From: Octopus sinensis
Lineage: Eukaryota
DNA length: 64,000 nt
Reading direction: 5' to 3'
Assembly (NCBI RefSeq): GCF_006345805.1
Contig: NC_043012.1
Span: 14,260,001-14,324,000, forward strand
Below are positions 26,079-39,354 of this stretch, piece after piece (within the stretch, counting starts at the first letter, position 1; each line of letters starts with the position of its first letter). Made by a program: the position numbers and the translations under genes. The notes under the pieces were generated by a model that was given only the letters and a program-made list of their open reading frames with translations, did no database searches and had not been told where the DNA came from.

Positions 26079-27720
26079 GTTGATGTGTCACGGCTTTTTA
26101 TTTGAATTACGGAATTGTTGAATTACGGAATTGTTGACTTAATTTACTGTTGAATAATTGAATATTGTGTTGCATTTGTGAAATAGTTGAAGATCTTGTT
26201 TGGCTTCCCCATTTATGGGCGAAGCGGTGAATAACGGAAATATGAATCCACAGGTGCAGACAGGCAGTTATGCTGCGGTGACAGGCAAAAGCTTGACAGC
26301 GAAGCTACTGCAGATACGGGAACTGGAAGGGAAAGACAAGGACAAGAAACTTGAAAACCTGTTGAAGAAGGAAGGAGGATGCCTAAGACTGACATCCCTC
26401 GAAGAAGTAGCAGAGGAGTCGGAAAGAAAAATAATTACTTATCGAAAGCTGAACATAGCGACAAGAAAAGTAGAAGTAGCAGGCGTTGAAAAGATAGAGG
26501 AGTCTTTGAAATAAAGGAAGTAACGACATTCTGTAACAGAGGACGAAAGTTTGGCACGGTGGAGGTACGCTTCTTTAACGAGAACGAAGCAAAGAAGTAC
26601 TCCCCCGTAGCCTTCAAATCGGCACTGTAGGCACTCTTACCTACTTACTGTGGCTGCGCGTCTGCCAGAGTGAGGATAGGGAGAGTGCCACCTGGAAATA
26701 ACGGGGACTAGCTGGTGGCAACCATCCTCCACAATACAGAGAAGAAAGCAGAGATACTGAAAATGTCAATGACAGCGGAGGTCAACTGCTGGGGGGGGGG
26801 GCTGGCCTGGAAGTGATGGTACATAGCCTACCTGACCTCCACAAAATTGTGGAAGAGATAATCTTACCCGACGAAACCAGAATGAGAATCATGATGGCGG
26901 ATTGACCGCCAATGTTTCGAATGCGGAGTAAGGGGGAGCACATAAAGGGGAAAGTGTGCCCAGAAACACGAACAGGAGGTGGTGGAAGAGGAATGCCAGG
27001 AAAAAGGAAATGTAGTGACAGAGAAGGAAGTAGATGTAGAGAAGAGAGGAATCATTTCATCTCCACCGAAAAAGAAAAGAAGAAAAGAAAAAAATGAAGA
27101 ACCAACGGAAAATCGAACTCAAGAGCCGGAGCCTTCAATAATTAAGGAGGAAGAAAGACAAAAGGGACGAGAAAACGAGTAACAAATAGAGATACAAACA
27201 CCAGCAACAAGTGTAGAGAGTGAAGAGATGCAGCTGAGAAGGCCACGTAAATGGAAACATGAACGAATGATGGTGATATACGAGAAAAGTGTGGAAATGG
27301 AAAAACGGATTGCAAAAATGGAAGGCGTAATAAGAGTGAAACTGGCAGATAATGAAAAGAATCGAAAATATGAAAGCATTGCTACTGGAAGACGAAAGAG
27401 CAGCAAGACTGAAGGAGATATTTGGAAGTAGAATGGAAATTACGTGAAGGCTATTTCAATATGATGAATTATCACCAGTGGTAATGTATAAAGACTTAAT
27501 ACCTTATGCAATATATAAATATGATACATACTGCACAAAATTATTGATTATAAAAACAGTAAAATGGGACTTTCTACTTTGTGAGGCAGAAAGCCATTTC
27601 ATTACCATAATTTTTCACACTTCAATAATTCATTCGTAAGTCATTCTATGTACCTCACGTTTGCGTTGTCCGTCCTTGTAACTTCTAGATATAAGGCTTT
27701 ATGCCAATAATAAAGAGAAA
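26079..27720 (+). mobile_element. ORF1-only L1/Tx1-like element, copy 1, decayed
   Basis: SYAAV motif, RRM-like RGRKFGTVEVRF and RVRIGRVPP, CFECG zinc knuckle, charged C-terminus, AATAAA at 27709. No ORF2. Confidence 0.7.
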
Positions 27721-27722
27721 TC

Positions 27723-29166
27723 GTTGATGTGAGTTATGGCTTTTTATTTCAATTACGGAATTGTTGATTTAATGTACTGTTGAATAATGGAATATTGTGT
27801 TGCAATTGTAAAATAGTTGAAGATTTTGTTTGGCTTTCCCATTTATGGGTGAAGCAGTGATTAACGGAAATATGAATTCACAGGTGCAGACATTTTACCC
27901 GACGAAACCAAAATGAGAATCATGATGGCGGGTTGACCGCCAATATGTTTCGAATGTGGAGTAAGGGGGAACATAAAGGGAAAGTGTCCCCAGAATCACG
28001 AACAGGAGGTGGTGGAAGTTTAGTGCCAGGAAGAAGAAAATGTAGTGACAGAGAAAAGAAAAGCAAAGAAAAAGGAAAAAAGAAAAAAATGAAGCAACGG
28101 GAGATTGAACACAGGAACCGGAGCTTTCAATAAGTAAGGAAGAGGAGGGACGGAAGGAACTGGAAGACGCGCAACAGAGTGAATTAGAAATGCCAGTACT
28201 AACGACAGAAAATGACGAGAGAAGACCACCTAAAGGAAAACACGAAAGAGTGATGTATGAGACAAGTGTAGAAATAAAAAAAAAAGAATTTCAAAACTGA
28301 AAGGCATGACAGTGATAATGGCGGAAGGAGGGGGTAAAAGCAGTGTTGCTACAGGACGAAAGGGCAGCTAGAGTGAGGGAAATGTTTGGAAGTGGAGAGT
28401 ACACTGTTTCGATTTCGATACTATGAATTACCACCTGTGATGAATTTGGAAGAGGTAATGATTTTGTTATAAATACGATACAAGCTGAATTGTAAAATGG
28501 AACTTTCTACTTAGGGGGTGGGAAGCCATTTCCTTACCATAATTTTTCACACCTCATAATTCATTCGTAAATCATTCTATGTACCACGTTTGTCCTTGTA
28601 ATGTCCTTTCTAATGATGACCTCCTTCGGTCATGAATGACCATGGAATTGCACCTAAAATACTACCCTCCGAGGTACAAGTCTGGGCAAGGTTGTTTATG
28701 GAAGATCAGCAGTCGCCCATGCATACCAGCCTCTTCTCTCCACGCCACTGATGTTATCCAAGGGAAAGGCAAAGGCTGATACAGCTTGGCACCAGTGACG
28801 TCGCAACTCATTCATTAACGTGCAAGTGGCTGAGCACTCAACAGACACGTGTACCCTTAGTGTAGTTCTCATGGAGATTTAGCGTGACAGAGTGAGACAA
28901 GGCTGGCCCTTTGAAATACAGGTACAACAGAAACAAGAAGAAAGAGTGAGAGAAAGCTGTGGTGAAAGAGTACAGCAGGGTTCACTACCACCCCCTGCCG
29001 GAGATTGTGGAGCTTTAGATGTTTTCGCTCAATAAACACTTACAATGCCCGGTCTGGGAATCGAAACCGCGATCCTACGACCGCGAGTCCACTGCCTTAA
29101 CCACTGGGCCATTGCACCTCAGGGCCCTTTCTATATATAAGGATTTATGCCTATAATAAAGAGAAA
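27723..29166 (+). mobile_element. ORF1-only element, copy 2 (tandem, internally deleted, SINE-interrupted)
   Basis: Same 5' UTR and 3' UTR as copy 1. Knuckle CFECGVRGNIKGKC at 27946-27987. Lacks about 600 nt corresponding to 26263-26860. Confidence 0.7.
28613..29125 (-). mobile_element. tRNA-derived SINE family C with TSD
   Basis: Minus-strand head tggcccagtggttaaggcagtggactcgcgg..ggtttcgattccc. TSD cctttcta at 28605-12 and 29126-33. Absent from the matching site in copy 1. Confidence 0.85.
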
Positions 29167-29512
29167 GCGTTTTAGATTGCAGTGATATGTGAGTTCGTTT
29201 TTGGATTGTTTTATGTTAATTTACAAATTGTTGAATTGAGTTATAGTTGATTTCGAACTGTTGTTGCCTTGTTAACTGCGGGGCGAAAATACTGTTTGGA
29301 AAATATTTTATTGTTTGAAAAACGTCTGTGAAAAATTAATTTTTGCCCTCTTCTGGGCGTGGTTTTTTTATTTTTTATTATTATTATTATTATTATTATT
29401 TTGCCATTATGGCAAATACTAAAAATATGAATTTCAATTTGGACTTCCCTGCATACGTACAGGGATTGTATTCAGAATCTTTTCAACAGCAACACTGTTT
29501 CTTTATTTTTAG

Positions 29513-30678
29513 ATATATAAAACTGAGAATGTGTGTCTGTCTGTCTGTCTGTGTGTTTCCCTAAAACTTGAGAACTACACAACGAATTTCATTCAAATTT
29601 TACACATGCCTTACTTAGGGTCCGAGGAGTGTCATCGGCAAAAAAATTTGAACTTTTTGCCTAGGGCGAGCCCACAGCAATATCATATCTTCTCCACTAC
29701 GATTCGCTAAAACTTGAGAACTACACAACCAATTCCATTCAAATTTTACACATGCCTTACTTAGGGTCTATGTAGTTTCATGGGCAAAAAGAATGTTCAA
29801 CTTCTTGCCTAGAGCGAGCCCATAGCAATATCATATCTTCTCCACTATTTCAGTATTATGTGTTAAAAGTGAAACAAAAACATTTCTCTATTTTATGTCA
29901 CATACTTTCACTTTAACAATGAAAATAATGATAACAATTGAATTATATGTAGTAAGTAATAATTAAAATGAAACTGAAGTATAATATAATCGTAACATAA
30001 CAAAAGTAAAAATAGCAATTGGTAAAAAATTGCATCAATGACTTGAACTTGAATAAGTGGTTTCACATGAATGGGAATAAATTTAAAATAAAATTAGCGT
30101 GCAGAAATGGTATAGTCCAGATGGATAATAAAAAATTAAATTAAAGAAAAGACTATTGTCTATAAAGTATACAATGTAGAGAAAAAAGATTTGAACACAT
30201 GGAGGAAAGCACCTTCGAAAAGTGTCTTGGTGCGACTATGAAAGGTATCTAATCAGAGGCGGTAAATTCGCCACAATAGAAGCAAGGTTCGAGTCAACGG
30301 AGCGTGCAAGAGAGTACTTGACTCGAACTTGCAAAGTGGAAATATTATATTTTTACCTTTATATCTGGGACGTAAAACGTCCCGGAAAAAAATTTTAAAT
30401 GCCCCAAAAGTAGAGGTACGCTGGATTGTAGCCACACTTCTATACAAGAGGGAGGACAAGATACAATTGATCGAAATTACAAGAGACGGGCTAACAATTC
30501 CAGTCTGTTATATATTTTGAGTATTGTTATCACTAGCGATATCAAGATATAACTTTGTATTTTGTATTTTATGTGTAGATGTATATATATAAATGTACAT
30601 GTAATATGTACACATATATATACACATATATACATGCACTAGCACTATGACCCGGCAACGACGGGTCTTTAATGCTAG
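29513..30678 (+). mobile_element. Non-autonomous Helitron-like element
   Basis: 5' atatataaaa...(gtct)n start, internal ~146-bp tandem duplication (29561 and 29707), 3' hairpin gacccg-gcaacga-cgggtc (30649-30667), then CTAG (30675-78) and a T-run. Confidence 0.65.
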
Positions 30679-31065
30679 TTTTAAATAAAGATATGTAACT
30701 TTTGAATATCTATTGACACATGACTATATTACATTTTGTAGTGTCAGAAAGACCCGTATGTAATACCTGTTGATTAACTGTAGAATAGTTACAATACGTA
30801 CATCAACTGACATTTCTATTTAATTATTATTATGACTGGATAAGTTTAAATCTCTGATCAGCGTAATTAAGATGAACATAATTTTACGTTAGCAAATTGC
30901 GAAGATCATATCAGACAAGCCGCTTCCGTATTTTATTATATTTTATGTCTTCTGTCTTTGAGAGTTCAATCAGTTTTCACTTGTTAATGTATTTTCGTTT
31001 AAACTTTTCATCTGCATTGTTTTGTTATCACAATCATTATCTGTTGATACATTTTAGGCGGAGGA

Positions 31066-32003
31066 TCAGTTGCAGCGTACTCGGATGATATCACTGTCAT
31101 CGTGACCAAGATGGAACACCTACAGAAAGTGGGTGTTACCATCAAGGTTTACGAGACAGTGGCAGGAGCAAAAATTAATCCGGAAAAATCAGTCGGCTTG
31201 CAACTCGGCACCTGGAGGGGCAAGTCGATGCCTTCGAATAGCGTCGTGGGACGCTGGACGGAGGGCCCGGTTAAGTTGCTAGGAATCTGGTTTAGTCCAG
31301 ATCTCCAGATTAAAAAGAAATGGTCTGACGTATCAAGCAGAGTGGCCCACGTAGTCATGACCTGAACTTGGAGGTGGCTATCCTAGAAAGGGAGGGAGGA
31401 GGTGGCCAATGTGTTTATCGCATCGGTCATCATTTACCGCCTAACCGTCGTTCCTTGTCCAGATTCGTGGTTGTGAAAATTGGAGAGGCAAATCTATCGC
31501 TTTTTGTGGAAGGGGTCCACTCCACTCGTAAGATGTTCTATTTGCTGTCAAAAGCCGTTAAAGGGTGGATTAGGGATGCCGTGGCTGCAAATGCTGAGGC
31601 ATCTCTGGCTTTACCTGGATAGTGAAAGGGTGTGTTCTCCGCTCGCTAGACGGATGGTCCCCCGCTTTGTCAATCTGGTGGTAGAGAAAATTGGTTTCGT
31701 CGTAGATCGAAGTTGGGTACCTGGTATACGGAGTGCCGCAAAGCTCTCCTCCAGTTCCGCAACTCGGGAAATGCCAACGGTTTTGGTACCACCGCGGCTT
31801 TCTATAGTAGTTTGGTAGAGGCTAGAAATGACGATACGTTGGAAAGGACCTTGGGTCTCGATAATCAGTTAGACAGCCTGTTCCGAAGGATATTCGGGCC
31901 GAAGACACTGGATAACTTCCAAAATTCTTTGGCCTGGCAATGTTACAGAGGAGCCTCACCCGTTCGGGAAAAGCTAACCAGACGCGGCCACACTGGGCCG
32001 TCG
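31066..32003 (+). mobile_element. L1/Tx1-clade ORF2 fragment
   Basis: AYSDDITVIV..YETVAGAKINPEKSVGLQLGTW..KLLGIWF and IYRFLWKG...KGGLGMP, with several frameshifts. Confidence 0.85.
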
Positions 32004-32563
32004 GATTATTATTATTGATTCTGACAAATTACAGATCTTGTTATCTCGGATCTCGACAAAAGATTATCCTTTAAGTTAATCTGATGTAGCCGAGTCAATA
32101 ATAATCCCCAAAATTCTAAATGATTTCTCTTATTTTCCAGTTTTGGCAACTAGTTGATCAAATTTTTATGGGACTCTTTCTAATTGTATAAATTTTAATA
32201 ACTTTTATTTCTTATATTTGCAAAGATAAAAAACAGCACTCGTTATCTTGTTCAAAATGTATCTCCTCGTCTTTGTCAAAACTTGCGAGCCACTTTTAAC
32301 TATTGTAAATCGTTATTTTCAAGTGGAAAAGCGAATTTGGAATGATGACATCATTCGATATTATACTTAATAGGTTGCGGTAGATTCGAACGCAAATATG
32401 TTAATCGCTGTTATATCAGCACAGATCGTCAAACGCTTTGTTCGCTGTAATTATAAGCTACACATCGGCTCTGGTTTAGATTCTAAATTTCGGGTACGTC
32501 TGGCTGACGTAACCGAACATCTCGAAGCACCAGTGTGACGGAACCTCTTGTATTAACGAAACG

Positions 32564-33001
32564 GGATCTTTTCGGTTTTAACGGCAGTATTTTCTAGCGG
32601 TGTCATATGAAACTGTCACCCATAATTATGACCCTAGTATCGATCTATTGCATTTCAATCTGTTTTAGGGTTAGGGTTAGTTACGGTTGGGGTTAGGGTT
32701 AGGGGTGGGAGGAAGGGTATCTTTTTTTCTTCACAAATGTAAATAAACCCAATCTGTTTCTTAAACGAGGGGTATATTCATACGGCACAGAATGTTTCTT
32801 ACCTCAATGTAGGTCAGTGATTGGTTGAAATTGCAGAAATTGAAGAAAAAAACAACAAATAACTTACAAACTATAGAATTTTCTCAATAAAGCCAACAGA
32901 AGAAGATGTTTTATAAACACATTCTACCTGTATACGAAGTTTTAAATTTTTTAGTTACCAAGAAATTATGTTAAAAACTGCCGTTCAAACCGAAAAGATC
33001 C
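32564..33001. mobile_element. MITE with GGATCTTTTC TIRs and 8-bp TSD, containing TTAGGG repeats
   Basis: ~25-bp TIR ggatcttttcggtt(t/g)aacggcagt. TSD acgaaacg (32556-63) / atgaaacg (33002-09). Confidence 0.85.
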
Positions 33002-33532
33002 ATGAAACGAGTTTTATGATCACATAGTCGTCGTAAAAAAAAGAATATTATGCTTCTGTGTCGAGCACGACAACGACGAGCGTCTTTGCCCTCGTATCTG
33101 CCGGAAAGTATTAAAAATAGATCAGCAAATCATTGATTAATGTTAGTATGACTCGTTGCTTCCCATGTTCACCAGTTACATTTCTCCTATTAAAACAGAT
33201 AACATAAAACTAGATTTGAAAAAGCTTAACCTGTTTGGCCGAGGTGGAAAACAAAGAGAAAAATAAGTTAAGAGAAATATAAATTAAAAAAAAACAAAAG
33301 CAGAAATGAAAAAGTGATTTACATAACTGACAAATTCAAGAAAATTAATGTGAATTGCAATCTTGAGAAATTAAAATGTAATTAATCATACGAATTTGAA
33401 GAAGAAATTACGAAAATAGTTATAACAATGGTTGAAATAATACTTCTGCTTTCAAAAATGCATTACAATGCTTTTCCACAAGCATGTCAACGAAAATAAG
33501 TTTAAAAGGTGTGGCTGTTTAGATAAGCTTGC

Positions 33533-34707
33533 GGATCTTTTCCTTTTGATGGACGGAATTTTCTAGTTAACTAAACAATTTGAAACTTCGTATACTGGTA
33601 GAATGTGTCAAAAGAAAACATTATTGTAAACAAAATTGTAATTTATAAGTTTAACGTAGTTTAATTCTTCGAATTTTAACCAATGAAATGCCAGCATTTG
33701 AGCTCAAATCATTTGCTGCGTTTAAAAACTCAGCACACACACACACACGTGTTATTCATCCTTCTCTCTTCTGTCTATTGATAAACAAAGGCGGAAGGAG
33801 GAGTTATGTGCTAGAAATAACAGCTATATCTCTTAAATCGATGAATTTCGTCGCCCAATAAAAATATTAACGATATTTTTTGAATATTTTCTTTCTTTTT
33901 TTTTACCGAAAAGGCTTCTCCCGTGGTTTTGAAGGGCCAGAAACAACAAAAACAAAACAATAATATGCCTAAATCGGTCTAGAGGGTGCGCGTGGAGTGT
34001 GGGTCGTATTGTAAAAATTTGCGAAATATTTTTTCATAAAAGGATGCCCCAGCTTGTCGGAGGCTGTGATATAAATTGGGAAAAAAATCCTCGACACCAG
34101 TAATTGGTACTTAATTTATCGACCCCGAAACGATGAAACATTGACCCCGCCCCATTTCTGGTTTATTTACCTTTTGTGTAAATTTGTTCCGGCAAGGGGC
34201 AAAACACAGAGGGGACAAAGCATGAGATACAAAAGTATTAACTCTATTCTATCGAAACCAGTGCGAACTCACGAACGTGTATGTATATTTCCGTCTATAT
34301 GTGTGTGTACGCTTATATATTAATTACTATGTGCTTGTGCAAATGTGTATGCATGTGTTTGAGAGAGAGAGAGAGAGAATGACAGAGTGTGTGTGTGTGT
34401 GTGTGCGTGTGTGTGTGTGTGTGCAAGTGTACGTGTGTATGTATCTGAATATATGTGTGCGTGTGTGTATGCGGCGTGCGTCTGCTATGTTTCTTTATCA
34501 ATATCGATAACGCAGCAAATGATTTGAGCTCAAATGCTGGCATTTCATTGGTTAAAATTCGAAGAATTAAACTGCGTTAAACTTACAAATTACAATTTTG
34601 CTTTCAATTTTGTTTACAATGTTTTCTTTTGACACATTCTACCAGTATACAAAGTTTCAAATTGTTTAGTTAACTAGAAAATTCTGTCCATCAAAAGGAA
34701 AAGATCC
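33533..34707. mobile_element. Non-autonomous DNA transposon, ~190-bp TIRs, 8-bp TSD, inserted in a SINE A head
   Basis: 33533-33722 is the reverse complement of 34509-34707. TSD aagcttgc (33525-32) / atgcttgc (34708-15). The flanks rejoin into the SINE A head. Confidence 0.9.
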
Positions 34708-34899
34708 ATGCTTGCTTCCTAACCACATGGTTCCGGGTTCAATCCCACTGCGTGGCACCTTATGAGACTTGTGAGTAAATTTAGTAGATGGAAAGTGGAA
34801 GAAGACCGTTGTGTGTGTGCGTGTGTGTGTGAATATATATATATGTGTGTGTGTGTGTATTTTTACATTCCTTCTTCTTTTATATTATATATACACAAA

Positions 34900-35092
34900 A
34901 CAAACCATCTCCAGAATTTAATCACCCCAGAGGGCACTCACTAAACGGATTAAGAGCATGACTGATCTCGATTACTGGGACCGCCTTAAAGCCTTGAAAC
35001 TCTACTCTCTCCATCGCCACCGCGAGCGGTACATCATTTGTACGATGTGGAGAATATACCGCCAGCATTGCCCAAACGATCTGAACATTAGT
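34900..35092 (+). mobile_element. CR1/L2-group LINE fragment
   Basis: MTDLDYWDRLKALKLYSLHRHRERYII resembles SYWERLKVLNLFSLERRRERY in 16478-18664. Confidence 0.8.
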
Positions 35093-35557
35093 TTTAGCAA
35101 ACATCAGAACGTTCTGGTGTTTGCTAAATTTTTCTTGAGAACATTTCTTAGTGGTAAGACCATAGCGGATCTTCTTCTAACATAAGAGTTGTCCACCTAG
35201 AGGTCATCCCTCTCATATGTAAATAATACAATTTACTGAACCTTCAGACTTTAATATGCTAGATCACTGGTGTTAAATTGATGTTCATTAAATTAATATC
35301 CAATTTCTCCCCCTCATTTTAAATATGTATGTATGCATGTATGAATGCATGTATCTATATATGTATATGTATATATGTATGTGTGTATGTATCTATATAG
35401 CCTAAACGTGTTTATTTGCATTACTACATCCATATCATTTTGTCTTGGATCTCTGTTATAGAAACTCTCGACGCCGTGGACTTCTCGATAAAGATTACAA
35501 TTTATTAGAGATATGTTATGCCATCTGTATGTGTATATATATATATTATATATATAT

Positions 35558-35600
<43 letters not shown>

Positions 35601-37181
35601 GAAAGTTTTCGCACAACTTTTGACAACCAAAATGGCAAATGGAATATCAATATTCTCTTTATTAGTCACTCATTTTTACAAGGAGATTTATCCGTGGTCC
35701 CTGTCAGTTTTCGTTGCTGCCGTTGTTTTATTCCAGTTCTGGAATAAAACAAGCGTATAAAAACTTGCAAATAAACAAGCGGATTCATAACTACATGTGG
35801 CCTTTTTGTATTCATTGTATATTTGACATCTTTTATATACAATGCGTCATTTCCGTTCTTTAATGCAGCAAGTGATCTATGTTCTGAGAGATATTTGGCA
35901 GTTGGTATTTCTTGCAGATAAGCAAGAAAGAATTTCCTACTATCTTCTGTGTTGATACGGAGCCCTAAAAATGAATGTAAAATGCCTAGACTTTAGGGAA
36001 TAGCATAACCATTTTAGAGAATAAATTGTATATTCCTTTTTCACAGAATTAATATATATCTTTGAAACTAGCATCTGGTACTAGTAGGACACCCAGATAC
36101 CTGGTACGGAAAAAAATTCACTCGTTGGTTCGGTTTGTAATTGATGTAATGTGTGGGAATTCATGTCACGGAAATATATGCTTTGATATTTTTCTTGTTT
36201 AGATTGTATTTGTTTTGATGTGCATGTTGCCGTTGCTGCTGTTGTAATGATACAAATGGAATTTGGCGTACAAGAGTAAAAATCAATGAAAGATATTTGG
36301 AAACCCAACAATCTCTTCCTCAAATAATCGAAGCAAGAAAATGTACTGCCAAACATTCAGTCTTTCCTTTAAATAGATTTGGGAACGTGACCAAAGTTTT
36401 TCTTAATATTTTAAAAGATATCAGGTCCATTTTTGTCTGAAACAGAAAATTAAGTCATATACAAAAACAGGGCAATCTGCACCGATCCATTTATCATCAA
36501 TCTAAATATGAAACGGACTCTTTCACAGAACATATACGCAGAGATAACACAAAACGGATATATCATTCAGCAGTGAAAAAATAGGAGGTTAAATGGCAAG
36601 TGTAAATTAAGAAAATATTGATTAATACCGGTTAGATATTTCACTCTCATCAATTAAAGCGAAACAGCAGGCCCGTTGTCACAAATCATCCTCCCAAAAC
36701 ACACACACACAAATACACACATTGCTGTAGGTATGTATATGTGTGTGTCTAAGGATGTATCGCATTTATTCTATATAATACACGGAGTGTTATCAATTTT
36801 TTTCAACTTGAAGTATTTTTAACAAATATTCAATATTCCAACTCTATCTTATATATCAACACAGAAGAAATCAATCGCTTGTACAACATCTCAATATTAC
36901 ATTTCTTTTCTAAGCTGTCATGAAATATATTAATGTCTTTTAAAAAGTGCATATTTGTTCTATTTTGTTTATTTACTGAGAAATATAGAAGAAAAAATGC
37001 ATTTTCGTATATAAAGAAACTCTCAATGTAATACATTATAAAAAAAATATCAAATTCGGAAACATTTTCTTTCGTTTTTCTTTTTAAATCTGTTTATTTC
37101 GTGGAGTTAAAAAAGCATATTTAAATATGCAGTTGACTATACATAAATATGTATGTCTAAACACTCACACGCACACACACA

Positions 37182-37251
<70 letters not shown>

Positions 37252-37325
37252 TATATATATGTCTGTGTGTTTATGTATATATGCATATATATATATTTAT
37301 ATATATATACATAAACATGTATGTA

Positions 37326-37396
<71 letters not shown>

Positions 37397-37689
37397 TACA
37401 TACATGCATGTATATATATATATATATATATAAACTTGTGTGAATGTATGTATGTATATCGATCTCCTTAAGTATATGTCATAGCTGAGAGTTATATTTC
37501 ACAAAAGAAATCTACAGAAAGTTCTCCACTTCCTTCCTGCGAATGAGTGGTATAAGTGGGTGTACAATAATCTATAGACACACACACATGCGCAGATGAA
37601 CCCTTTCATACTCATAAACATACGAGATAATATATGTGCGTGCCTATACATGATGTACTTATAAATATATATGTATGTGTGTGTGTGTG

Positions 37690-37740
<51 letters not shown>

Positions 37741-38080
37741 TGTGTGTGTTTGGAAGAAAAGAAACTGATTGATTTCGTTACGGATATTTTAAACATTTCG
37801 TTTTTCTTTACACCTGTATTAATAATTCGCAAAACTTTGCCAGCAAGGTAATATTTATGACATAATCATTAATTGTAATTATTAAATTAATTAAATTTTG
37901 TTTTAAAATGAATGAGATGAATTTCATTTCCCGGGAATGGATGTAAAATATGATAGTCAAATAAATCGTCCGTAGTATAAATAATATAAACGGGAAATTA
38001 GTAATTAAAGAATGACTTTCTTTTCCTCAACTTTTGTGATTATTTTGGGAAGAACCTGGTTGTTAAATTTCCCAACATCG

Positions 38081-38156
<76 letters not shown>

Positions 38157-38218
38157 TGAGAGAGGAGGGCATTGATGATTACTAACGTCATGCTTTTAAT
38201 ATGAACAAGAAAAGAAAG

Positions 38219-38343
38219 CTGGTGAGCTGGCCGAATCTTTAGCACGCGAGGCAAATTGTTTAACCGCGTTTTCGTTCTTCCTAACGTTCTGAGTTCAAAT
38301 TCCGCCAAGATCGCGCTGGTTGTACATTCTTTCGCGGTCGATA
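38219..38343 (+). mobile_element. SINE family B, 5' part
   Basis: ggtgagctggccgaatc..ttctgagttcaaattccgcc. Confidence 0.7.
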
Positions 38344-38779
38344 ATGCTTCAGTTACATCTTGAATACCGGAATTTTCTGTAATATCTTGATGGGGAAGTT
38401 GTGCTATGTCTGTATTGTAGCTACTTCCAGTACATAACAGTTTCTGTTTTTAATTAAATTGGACAAAAATCTGGTTCGACATAAATTTCGATGTATTTCT
38501 TGATTCTTCTTAAAGAGGTTTTAATTTCTTATAAATACATTTACAAATAAACAAAGTTCATCTTCAAATGTTCGAAGAAATCTATTAGTGGGCAATCATC
38601 TGTTAAACTCTAAGCGCTGGGTGTTATTATTATCTCTGTCTTCATTGGGTGCACAGGCTATTCGTGCAACCTGAAAATACGATGGACGCTTCCTTACAGC
38701 ACAGATTTTCTATAAGTCTGGCATTACGTATCTAGTATCCTTTCTAACTTTGTTGGGTTTATCAACGTCTGCGGTGTTC

Positions 38780-38965
38780 CAGAACCGCTTATGGATATTC
38801 TGAACAGTTTCATCTGTTTCAAAGTCACCGCTAGTTAGAGTGATTGTAAGATGCGTTGGCGGATCTGTTTGAAAGTGCCTCTTAAACTGTCTTAGCACTT
38901 CTGTTGCGTTTTCAAACCGTAGGAAAAATTTGCCTCATTGAAAGCTTAGTCTAAATACTTTCATT
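38780..38965 (-). mobile_element. Tc1/mariner-type transposase N-terminal (DUF4817-like) remnant
   Basis: RLSF..FENATEVLRQFKRHFQTDPPTHLTI....DFETDETVQNIHKR. Confidence 0.55.
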
Positions 38966-39049
38966 ATTTCTAATGAGTTAAACTTAAAAAGAAATTAGCA
39001 TTAGTGAGTTAAAGTATGTATGTTTTTGAACTTTGTTTTCTCTCTCCAG

Positions 39050-39186
39050 GTTCCGTAATTCGACAGTTCAATGTACCAAAAGATGGCAAACATAAAGTGT
39101 TTATGAACGAGGGTGACACCGAGTATTTGCGATATGATAGTTCAACTCAGAGTCTTGTCGTCAATGGAGATTTAAAAACACGAATG
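39050..39186 (+). CDS. Cadherin-like gene, exon B
   Basis: Pyrimidine tract ctttgttttctctctccag|, donor |gtaagt. The 137 nt exon (phase 1-0) is open: GSVIRQFNVPKDGKHKVFMNEGDTEYLRYDSSTQSLVVNGDLKTRM. Confidence 0.85.
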
Positions 39187-39354
39187 GTAAGTTAAATCCT
39201 ATGTTTAATGTAAACGCAGAATCACAAAGTTTGGGGTGGCTAAGACTGAAAACAATCTTACTTTATGCACTAAGACCTGTAGTTTTACTCTTCACCCACA
39301 AAACTCAATACAGGTGTAACTGGCATCATGTCTACAGGGAACAGATCAGCAGAC

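Noticed and set aside
29040-29120. tRNA gene (also the heads at 46829, 47098 and 51497)
   Set aside because: No complete cloverleaf, and each continues into a SINE body, so these are SINE heads.
29561-29847. 146-bp direct repeat as a CRISPR array or LTR pair
   Set aside because: Only two adjacent units with no spacers. It is an internal duplication of the Helitron-like element, and the context is eukaryotic.
30100-30520. Captured gene or Rep/helicase fragment inside the Helitron-like element
   Set aside because: No recognisable HUH or PIF1 motifs by eye. A profile search would be needed.
32665-32705. True telomere or chromosome fusion site
   Set aside because: Only about 40 bp, degenerate and enclosed by MITE TIRs.
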